Shown here: piece after piece, positions 49,912 to 57,234 of the stretch
Numbering within the stretch: the first letter of the stretch is position 1
Layout of the letters: each line of letters starts with the position of its first letter
Source of the DNA: a virus
IMG/VR virus record: IMGVR_UViG_3300012954_004455
Coordinates: 1 to 64,000 of that record
Reading direction: 5' to 3' (one strand)
Length of the DNA: 64,000 bases
The notes under the pieces: model-generated
The model's database searches: none
What the model was told of the DNA's origin: nothing
The model's input: only the letters and a program-made list of their open reading frames with translations
Position numbers and translations under genes: made by a program

Positions 49912-50445
49912 ATGGAAGATTACCAATTGGATGATATAGTTTTTGATCCTCGTGCGGCTATTGCGCCAGGACATACGGCACAGCTGTTGATTATTGCTGT
50001 GGATGATGTGGAGACGGTACCCCCACTGCTGACGAGTGCGGATGATGATTTTCGGCCTCTTACGCTGAAGGGTAATATTGATCTGAAGGCGGATAAGAAA
50101 TGGACTAAAGTCGATATCGAGGTGGAGAGTGCCGACTTTATAGAAGAGGTAGTCGGGAATGGAGAAGGTACACACTTGAAAACGGAGCTGCCTTTTAAGA
50201 TAGTAGGTAGCTCACGGGAGCAAAAGGCTGCTATTCATAAGCTGCATAAGCGGCGCATAATGGTGGTCATTACAGATAAGGCTCTGGAGAAAAGAGTGGT
50301 AGGGAGTAAGGAATTTCCGTGTAGAATCAAGTATAAGGCTACCAAGGGAACTGGTGAAGGGGGATATAATGGGACGGAGATGTCTCTGGCGGTTCCTGTA
50401 ATGACTGACCCATGGCCATACTATGATGGAGATTTGGTTTTGTAG
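49912..50445 (+). CDS. Putative major tail tube protein
   Basis: 177 aa, beta-rich; VVGSKEFP...GTG...PYYDG pattern. Confidence 0.5.
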   Translation: MEDYQLDDIVFDPRAAIAPGHTAQLLIIAVDDVETVPPLLTSADDDFRPLTLKGNIDLKADKKWTKVDIEVESADFIEEVVGNGEGTHLKTELPFKIVGSSREQKAAIHKLHKRRIMVVITDKALEKRVVGSKEFPCRIKYKATKGTGEGGYNGTEMSLAVPVMTDPWPYYDGDLVL

Positions 50446-50526
50446 ATTATGAACGTGAAGATATGTAAGCACGCTGGCTTCTACCCAACCGTGTGGACGG
50501 CTCCTTAGGGGGTCGTTTTCTTTTTT

Positions 50527-50562
50527 TGTCCTTAGTTTTTTGGGGGTAGATAGGGAGGTTTG
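50527..50562 (+). promoter_or_regulatory. Putative sixth late promoter TGTCC-N28-TTG
   Basis: Same spacing as the other copies; longer leader to 50604. Confidence 0.45.
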
Positions 50563-50603
50563 GGTCACTATTATTTTTTCTGTTATTCATGTTTAACTAA
50601 ACG

Positions 50604-50837
50604 ATGATCAATATGGTAGGGTTTATTTTATTGACGACTTTGAGTGGTGTGCCGCAAGCGGCTAAGGATCAAATAGAGGCGAAGGCTAAGGAGCATGTGG
50701 AGAATCTCCAGAAGGGAATGGAAGCTGCTGAGAGCTATGAGGCTAAGGAGCTGATGATCTTGGAGATGGGGCTGAATTTGGCGCAGTACAAGCTACGGCA
50801 GGCTCAAGAGATGATTAAGGCTGTGGCTGGAGAATAA
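50604..50837 (+). CDS. Small hypothetical protein
   Basis: 77-aa ORF followed by a terminator. Confidence 0.55.
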   Translation: MINMVGFILLTTLSGVPQAAKDQIEAKAKEHVENLQKGMEAAESYEAKELMILEMGLNLAQYKLRQAQEMIKAVAGE

Positions 50838-50864
50838 GATTTTTGTGTGTATGTGTGTGTGTAT

Positions 50865-50898
50865 GGTCTCCCCATCTGTGAGGTGGGGAGACCGTTTT
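50865..50898. terminator. Terminator between convergent genes
   Basis: GGTCTCCCCATCT-GTG-AGGTGGGGAGACC-GTTTT. Confidence 0.75.
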
Positions 50899-50901
50899 GG
50901 G

Positions 50902-52170
50902 TTAGAAGTGGGCGTAGGCTGAGGTGAGGCTGGAGTTTGCGAGGTCATTGGCGATGTGTAGGTAGACCTGTAAGGTGGAGAGGGACTTTATGCCTGCTAG
51001 TTTTTTGACGCGCTCGATGGGGACTCCACGAGCGATAGACATGGTGATGAAGGTATGCCTGGCATCGTGCATTTTGGTGGGGCGAGTGGCGAGTTCGGGT
51101 ATTAGGGTGCATATGTGCTTTATCTCTAGGTTGCATTCGCAGTTATTGGGGAGGGTGTGGAATAGGTAGGGCGATGAGCTGCGAGGGGGGATGAAGCGGG
51201 AGATCATTTTGTTTATTTGGATGCGGATGGTTATGCCTGAGGTGCGACGGGTTTTGTGGGGCTGGTAGGTGATGAGGTTGTTTTTTATGTGGGTGTATTG
51301 GATGCGCTTTAGGTCTGAGTATCTGAAGCCTGTGAAGCATGAGAAAAGGAAGGCTCGTAGGACGCGCTGAACTTTATCGACTTTCTCCTGGCATACGTAG
51401 CGTGATGCGTGCCAGGGGGTAAGACCTCGGGTGGTGGCTTTTTCTCTGAGGCGATCGAGGATGGTGGATGGTGACTCTATGAGGGATATAAGTAGGCGTA
51501 CTTCTGCTTCTGTGAGGGGGGTGGGATCTGGACGAGAGGTGGGTAGTTTTTTCTTATAGAAGGCTGAGGGGGATACTTGGTGGCCTTCGTTTTGGGCGAA
51601 ACGAAGGTATTTTCTGATGTTAAGGAATAGGCGCCTTCTTTCTGTGATGCCTGTGTGGCCTTTTTCTGCAAGCCATTTTGAGTGTGCTGTATCGAGGTTT
51701 TCGAGGAACTCACGGGTTATGTGATTTGGGGGAAGGTGGGAACCTGCGAAGCGGATGAGCTTACGAAGGGAACGACGCTCGGTGGTGAGGGTTCCTTTTG
51801 TGATGTCTCCCTTTTTATGGGCTTCGGTCATTCTGGTGCGATAGAACTGAATGAAGTTGTGCTGGGGGAGGGGAGATGAGGATCCATACCATTCTTGTTT
51901 GAAGAGGGTATTGGAGAGCGGCTTTTTCTCATGAACGTATGTAAGGACTATCTCGCTGGCTTTGGCGACGAGGGCTTTTATGTGGGCGTTTTGCTTTGCG
52001 GCGAGAGCGTTTTTGCCTTTTACGTGGCCTTTATTGGGATTCCATACTTTTTTATCTATCCGTAAGCCTGTGGTGAGGCGCATGGGGCTACCATTTATAT
52101 TTACGTATAGAAGAATGGTATGAAGGCCGTGCTTGGTAGGTCGGTTTTTAAGTACTGGTTTTATGGTCAT
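50902..52170 (-). CDS. int: Tyrosine recombinase (phage integrase) with N-terminal arm-binding domain
   Basis: FLFSCFTGFRYSD, HDARHTF, catalytic Tyr in TLQVYLH; adjacent to att. Confidence 0.92.
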   Translation of the reverse strand: MTIKPVLKNRPTKHGLHTILLYVNINGSPMRLTTGLRIDKKVWNPNKGHVKGKNALAAKQNAHIKALVAKASEIVLTYVHEKKPLSNTLFKQEWYGSSSPLPQHNFIQFYRTRMTEAHKKGDITKGTLTTERRSLRKLIRFAGSHLPPNHITREFLENLDTAHSKWLAEKGHTGITERRRLFLNIRKYLRFAQNEGHQVSPSAFYKKKLPTSRPDPTPLTEAEVRLLISLIESPSTILDRLREKATTRGLTPWHASRYVCQEKVDKVQRVLRAFLFSCFTGFRYSDLKRIQYTHIKNNLITYQPHKTRRTSGITIRIQINKMISRFIPPRSSSPYLFHTLPNNCECNLEIKHICTLIPELATRPTKMHDARHTFITMSIARGVPIERVKKLAGIKSLSTLQVYLHIANDLANSSLTSAYAHF

Positions 52171-52295
52171 TACACATGTATTTAATGGTGCAAATGGCCT
52201 ACCAGAAATCTGTTTGTATAGATGCGAATTAAGAGGCTAACTATCAGGAACTAACTCCTCTTAAGGTCTTTTATTCTCCATAGGGAGAGACTTCA

Positions 52296-52314
52296 GTGGA
52301 ATATACTGTTCCAC
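52296..52314. repeat. att core at the junction between prophage 1 and prophage 2
   Basis: GTGGAA-TATACTG-TTCCAC: 6-bp inverted arms around a 7-bp overlap. Confidence 0.85.
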
Positions 52315-52453
52315 GAACCCCCCTTAAACCCTTATGAGCCTCAAGTGCTTACGGGTAGATATCTCATTTGGGTGCAAGGAGAGTGCAGAAACACTTGCAT
52401 TCCTTCCATCCTATGGAAGGGATTTTCAATCCCTGCAGGTTCATCTTAATCAG

Positions 52454-52849
52454 TTAATCCTCCTTGCGGAGTTTGGCTTCCAATCTTAAAAGCAAGTCCG
52501 CTATCTCAGGATTAATGTTTTCCCAAGGAACGGTCTCCTCTTCTGTCTTGTCCATCATCAAAAGAAACTCTAAGGCCTCTTTTGTCTGTTTTTCACTTCT
52601 GTACATCTGGAGTATTTCCCCCTCGGAAAACACAAGCTCTTTATTGATTGGGAAAAAATCAGTAGGCGGGATATCAAACCGATTCAAGAGCAACCAAATC
52701 AGATCAGATTTGAAGTCTTTATAGCTGAACCATCTCCGTACTACTTCAGGCCTTTTATCTATCTCTCTAGCGAAAGCGGCGGCTTTGACTCCCTTCTTCT
52801 TCAATAAGTTCTTGAGGAAGTCTCCCATATGTATTGGATTCTCTGGCAT
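52454..52849 (-). CDS. XRE/CI-like HTH repressor, paralog 1
   Basis: HMGDFLKNLLKKKGVKAAAFAREIDKRPEVVRRW. Confidence 0.8.
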   Translation of the reverse strand: MPENPIHMGDFLKNLLKKKGVKAAAFAREIDKRPEVVRRWFSYKDFKSDLIWLLLNRFDIPPTDFFPINKELVFSEGEILQMYRSEKQTKEALEFLLMMDKTEEETVPWENINPEIADLLLRLEAKLRKED

Positions 52850-52886
52850 ATAAGTGATATGTTTTTTGTAAAGCAGAATGTTTTTG

Positions 52887-53276
52887 TCATTGACGAAGTT
52901 TCCCCTCCAGTTTCAGAAGGAGAACTCCTATTTCGGGATCTATATTTTCCCAAGGCACGGTACCAGGATTATCTTTACTAAAGGTTACCAGAAACTGGAG
53001 AGCTTCTTTTATAAGTTTTTTTTCTCGGCACATCTGTAGTATTTCACCTTCAGAGAAAACGAGATCCTTGTTTATCGGAAACAAAGCTGTTGGAGGAACA
53101 TCAAATCGTTCCATAATCATCCATACAACATCAGATTTTAAGTTTTTATATCCCAACCAGCGTCTAACGACCTCTCGTTTTCGTCCTATTCGCCTTGCGA
53201 ATTCTGCTATGCTTATTTTATTTTCTTTGAGGAGACTTTTAAGATAGCCTCCGATATGTACTGGGTTTTCTGGCAT
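52887..53276 (-). CDS. XRE/CI-like HTH repressor, paralog 2
   Basis: HIGGYLKSLLKENKISIAEFARRIGRKREVVRRW. Confidence 0.8.
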   Translation of the reverse strand: MPENPVHIGGYLKSLLKENKISIAEFARRIGRKREVVRRWLGYKNLKSDVVWMIMERFDVPPTALFPINKDLVFSEGEILQMCREKKLIKEALQFLVTFSKDNPGTVPWENIDPEIGVLLLKLEGKLRQ

Positions 53277-53343
53277 AAATGATACTTTTTTGAGGTCTGG
53301 TCACTAAATAACCAGAATTTTGTTGTCAATAATTAAAATATTG

Positions 53344-53372
53344 CTATATTTGTATCCGTAAGCAGATACAAA
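53344..53372. promoter_or_regulatory. Duplicated promoter/operator block
   Basis: CTATATTTGTATCCGTAAGCAGATACAAA, identical to 53937-53965. Confidence 0.7.
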
Positions 53373-53483
53373 CTTTGCGCTTGCATCTTGTTTTACACAA
53401 GGCTAAAGCCTTGTAACGTTCTTTCACAAGTAATCGAGATTCAGGAATTTGTAGAACCTATCTCTAATAATTAGAGGAATAAG

Positions 53484-53876
53484 TTATTGACGAAGTTTCC
53501 CTTCCAGTTTCAGAAGGAGAGCTCCAATTTCAGGATTGATATGCTCCCAAGGCACGGTACTAGGGTCATCTTTGGAGAGGGTTATAAGAAACTGGAGAGC
53601 TTCCTTAATGAGCCTCTGGTTTTTGTATAATTCTGTGATTTGCTCTTCAGTATGAACCTTGTCTTCATTGATTGGGAAAAAGTCTGTAGGAGGTAACTCA
53701 AAGAAAGATAATATTGTCCAAATCGCATCAACAGAGAGATATTGGTATGAAACCCAGCGGTTTACTACCCCCTCAGATCTGCCAATTTTCTTTGCAAATG
53801 CTTTTTGTGTCAGTTTTCTCGCTTTCAGGAGCCTCCTAAGCTCATTCCCCATATGTATAGGATTCTTCTCAAACAT
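53484..53876 (-). CDS. XRE/CI-like HTH repressor, paralog 3
   Basis: HMGNELRRLLKARKLTQKAFAKKIGRSEGVVNRW. Confidence 0.8.
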   Translation of the reverse strand: MFEKNPIHMGNELRRLLKARKLTQKAFAKKIGRSEGVVNRWVSYQYLSVDAIWTILSFFELPPTDFFPINEDKVHTEEQITELYKNQRLIKEALQFLITLSKDDPSTVPWEHINPEIGALLLKLEGKLRQ

Positions 53877-53936
53877 GATCAAGTAGGTGTTTTAGCCCAA
53901 AAACATACAGATCTGTTGGCTTTCGGTTTTTTAAAA

Positions 53937-53969
53937 CTATATTTGTATCCGTAAGCAGATACAAATCTA
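53937..53969. promoter_or_regulatory. Switch region: face-to-face -7 boxes forming an ATTTGTATC-N8-GATACAAAT palindrome
   Basis: Rightward TATATTTG 53938-53945; leftward TAGATTTG (complement of 53962-53969). Confidence 0.7.
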
Positions 53970-54040
53970 CAATTGTGTCTTTGTTATTACAAAAGTGAGA
54001 CACTTTTGTAACGGTAATTACAAAAGCAAAGAGGGGTTAT

Positions 54041-54340
54041 ATGGATAATTCTAGTAGTATCCTCGCAGATCAAAACCCATTAGAACAAGAATACGATCCT
54101 TTCTTCATTCTACTCGCAGAGAACCTCATAGATTTAGAAGTAGATGTAGTTTTCCCCGCTCAACGGGAATCAGATTATGAAGAAATAAGCAGAATTACAG
54201 GCTTGTGTTTATCAACTGTAAAGTCTGCAATTAAGGGGAGAACCCACGGAGCAAAATCAAAGTACGCACGAACAGTTCAACGTCTACTGAAAGCGTTTAG
54301 AGAGGCAAGCAGAGAGTATTTTTATCAAAAGGGAAAGTAA
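54041..54340 (+). CDS. Cro-like HTH protein
   Basis: SDYEEISRITGLCLSTVKSAIKG; homolog of 13371. Confidence 0.7.
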   Translation: MDNSSSILADQNPLEQEYDPFFILLAENLIDLEVDVVFPAQRESDYEEISRITGLCLSTVKSAIKGRTHGAKSKYARTVQRLLKAFREASREYFYQKGK

Positions 54341-54573
54341 GGTTCTGCATAGAGGAAAGTAGGGGAGAAGGCAAGGTTCTCCCCATTTTTTAAGCATACC
54401 AATAACAATCAGATACGTAGATGTAATCATAAGGCAGAGCCAGTTCCCATCTGGCTCTCGTCTTTTCTCTCTACCAATCTGAATTGAAAAGATACAGAGT
54501 AAACATCCTTAACTAAGCAGTTACAAAATCGCAGAACCAGCCTAATCACCTGGTTTTGCATATCTTAAGAACA

Positions 54574-54696
54574 ATGGGAATAGTAATATTCATGATTTCT
54601 TTGGTGGCTGCTGTTTACAGAGTTTTGCATTTCTGGCTCTTTTTAGACCAGTATTTTGTAAGCAGAAGGTCTCGGAAAAATCGACAAGGTAAATAG
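54574..54696 (+). CDS. Small hydrophobic peptide (40 aa, absent from the ORF track)
   Basis: MGIVIFMISLVAAVYRVLHFWLFLDQYFVSRRSRKNRQGK. Confidence 0.45.
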   Translation: MGIVIFMISLVAAVYRVLHFWLFLDQYFVSRRSRKNRQGK

Positions 54697-54827
54697 AGAA
54701 CTCGGGGGCGGTGTGGTAGCCGTCTCCATTTTTAAACAAGAATTGGGCGTTAGGTGCATATATCAAGGTGGGAGGGGGAAACCCCTCCCTTTATCACCAA
54801 ACGAGACGAAATACACACATTAATATT

Positions 54828-55049
54828 ATGACACTCATCCATCACAGAACAATCCTTCTAGAAATAATAAACGGACTCCTAAAAGGAGATTTCCACAATT
54901 ATCATTATGAAGGGATTACACTTGCTAGATCTGAGAGTACCAAGTCTAATTGGATATTCACAACCGGGAAAGATTGCCGAATGATAAACATGGATCATAA
55001 CACCCCAATGGGGGTCGCCAACTTACTCGCAAAAAAGATAATGGAATGA
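54828..55049 (+). CDS. Hypothetical phage early protein
   Basis: ATG 54828, coupled to the next gene. Confidence 0.6.
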   Translation: MTLIHHRTILLEIINGLLKGDFHNYHYEGITLARSESTKSNWIFTTGKDCRMINMDHNTPMGVANLLAKKIME

Positions 55050-55351
55050 TAGCAAGAACTGCAGGAGCCAAAGAAATCCAAAAACAACTTCAGAACCTTC
55101 TAGAAGGCTCGTCCACAGAGGAACAAATAAAGGTTTGGAGTCGGAAGGGAAAAGGAACATTTACCATAAAAATAAAAGATGGCTGGTTCAAGTTAGGTTC
55201 TGGTCGCATACTCCTTACCCGTGATACAGAAAACGGATTCTTTAAATTATTTAAGCTACAATGTTCCACACCAGAAGATACTCATCTATTTGCTAGATAC
55301 ATTGATCAACTTCTTGAATCTCAATTAAGAAAATCCCATGTCAAAATATAG
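55046..55351 (+). CDS. Hypothetical phage early protein
   Basis: Coupled ORF. Confidence 0.65.
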   Translation: MIARTAGAKEIQKQLQNLLEGSSTEEQIKVWSRKGKGTFTIKIKDGWFKLGSGRILLTRDTENGFFKLFKLQCSTPEDTHLFARYIDQLLESQLRKSHVKI

Positions 55352-55979
55352 TTGCAAAATTGAAAAGCTTCCAGGCTCTTTACAAGGAGGAACAGACTTT
55401 ATGACCCTAGCGACGATCGCAATCAATGGGATGACTTTCACATTGGTAAGAATGAACACAGGGATGCTTGCCCAAAATCTATTCTTCATGGTGAACAAAC
55501 CAAGAGACTGGGAAGAATTCTTTGGAAAGGAAGGGCGATCAATCGCTCAGACTCAACTAGAGATTATCTGGCATGCAGCAAGCTACTTCAGAGAGGATGG
55601 TCTAAAGCTGTCCATATTGTTAAATACAATCATCTTAATTTATAGAGGGAGCGAGAATTCTTTGTCTAGCTGGTGGGGGCATATATGGTTATGCGGAACC
55701 CCACGCAAAGACAGGGATTACAATGGAGAATTGAACTACCAGTGCATAAGAGCCTCGCTTGAAGGGGAATCCAACGAAAAAGGAGAAGGCCTAATTAGAG
55801 AAGAGACCCCAATCAATCTTGAATTTCTCAGAAGAGTAGATAAGATTTACAGAGAGAACTATGCAAATAAGAAGATCTCCAGAAAATCGTGGGACGAAAT
55901 CGGAGTTCTAGCCGAAGAGATCAACGATAGTGTATTTGACGGTATGCTGGGTAGTTTCAAGGATCGCTCATATTTTTAA
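55338..55979 (+). CDS. Hypothetical phage early protein
   Basis: 213-aa ORF. Confidence 0.7.
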   Translation: MSKYSCKIEKLPGSLQGGTDFMTLATIAINGMTFTLVRMNTGMLAQNLFFMVNKPRDWEEFFGKEGRSIAQTQLEIIWHAASYFREDGLKLSILLNTIILIYRGSENSLSSWWGHIWLCGTPRKDRDYNGELNYQCIRASLEGESNEKGEGLIREETPINLEFLRRVDKIYRENYANKKISRKSWDEIGVLAEEINDSVFDGMLGSFKDRSYF

Positions 55980-56012
55980 AACCTCATACAGAACACCTTA
56001 ACGCAATAGAAA

Positions 56013-56777
56013 ATGATAACGAGAACCGAAATAGACACCCATATCCAGAAACTGATAAAACCTCATGAGAACGCAATAAAGCTGTTTTGCTCAGGTTTCT
56101 CAGGACACGAAAAAATCCACATTGCTGGATTAGATCTACTATTTGAAAGAAAAGGCGATCAAATCCAGCTCTTAGGACGTACAGAAGGCTGCCTAGAAGG
56201 CGCGATATATGATGAGCTGCTAAATAAAGCCAAAACGATTAAGAAGGAAGTCGAAAATAGAGAAAGCGGCTTACCAAGCCATTGGACAGACTTCGAACTC
56301 TTTTACTGCCAGAATACAGGCGATTTCTCTGTTAGTCCAACCGACGAAGACTCTCAGGAAGAGAATATCCTATTCGGTCACGCCTCCGATCCTTTAGCTC
56401 CGAATATGTTAGGAGGCTTATTGGTAGAATCTGAGAACCTAGGCATTAACCGTTACGGTTATCCATTCCCTAAAAAGAAACTACGTTATACCTACGAAGG
56501 GAAAAGCATGGTTGCAGATATCTGGGAAGCTGCGAAAAGCAGAAGTGCGTTAGCCTCGGAAAAACGCTACTTTAGTGTAAGAAGATACCTAGACTTCCTA
56601 GATGCTAATTCCACTCTTTTATTCTTCGAAGGGTGGGACTTTGCGAGGAGATTCATAGAAATGGACGACACTGAAGAAGCGACTTGGCGAAAATTCGTAT
56701 ACCATTTTAGCCACGGCACCCATCTAAACCGACAAGATTACACACGAGAAATAATAGACATTCTACCAGGGAAATAA
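56013..56777 (+). CDS. Hypothetical phage early protein
   Basis: 254-aa ORF. Confidence 0.7.
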   Translation: MITRTEIDTHIQKLIKPHENAIKLFCSGFSGHEKIHIAGLDLLFERKGDQIQLLGRTEGCLEGAIYDELLNKAKTIKKEVENRESGLPSHWTDFELFYCQNTGDFSVSPTDEDSQEENILFGHASDPLAPNMLGGLLVESENLGINRYGYPFPKKKLRYTYEGKSMVADIWEAAKSRSALASEKRYFSVRRYLDFLDANSTLLFFEGWDFARRFIEMDDTEEATWRKFVYHFSHGTHLNRQDYTREIIDILPGK

Positions 56778-56813
56778 TACCCAAAACGGCAATAGGCTCC
56801 TTATACCACTATT

Positions 56814-57041
56814 ATGGCATTAACTATAGCGCAAAGAGAGGTCATAGAAATCGGCAACCGCTGGTTCGATCATGGAGAAAACGAATTCCTATTCAAAGGC
56901 TGGAAGCTCATTTTTAGCAAAGATGGCTTCTCAGTGAACATAGAAACGATAAAAGTATTCTCCTATGCGATCCCGCTCACGGATTTGAATCCCATCCTAG
57001 CTCCTACCATACTATATCTGAATCATAGGTTAATTAATTAA
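56814..57041 (+). CDS. Hypothetical protein
   Basis: 75-aa ORF. Confidence 0.55.
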   Translation: MALTIAQREVIEIGNRWFDHGENEFLFKGWKLIFSKDGFSVNIETIKVFSYAIPLTDLNPILAPTILYLNHRLIN

Positions 57042-57052
57042 ATATACTACAC

Positions 57053-57111
57053 GTCCAGTAGCTCTCGCTAGCCAAAGCACAGAGTAAGTACGATTAGATC
57101 GTACCCTGGAC
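57053..57111 (+). ncRNA. tRNA-like structured element
   Basis: GTCCAG/CTGGAC closing stem, TAGCTC D-arm-like start, GCTCT/AGAGT stem, GTACGA-TTAGA-TCGTAC arm. Confidence 0.4.
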
Positions 57112-57234
57112 CTCTTTTGTCCTCAATTTGCCCCGAGCGTTTGAGGAATTTGTGGGGCAGACAAAAGGCACAAGACAAAAACAAAGACCAGTTGGAAGGG
57201 GGATCTCGGGAGATCCCCCTAAAATTTCAAAACT

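Larger units (their letters stand above)
12196..52311. mobile_element. Prophage 1, about 40.1 kb, siphovirus-like temperate phage of a Bacteroidota host
   Basis: Bounded by 16-bp direct repeats; integrase at the right end; terminase, portal, S49 protease, capsid, tape measure and primase genes inside. Confidence 0.9.

Noticed and set aside
52296-52372. Intact tRNA at the right att site
   Set aside because: The minus strand has GGTTCG nearby, but no complementary 5' acceptor strand or cloverleaf can be built.
57119-57125. TGTCCT as a seventh late promoter
   Set aside because: No TTG box at the conserved spacing; it is part of an RNA stem in the early region.
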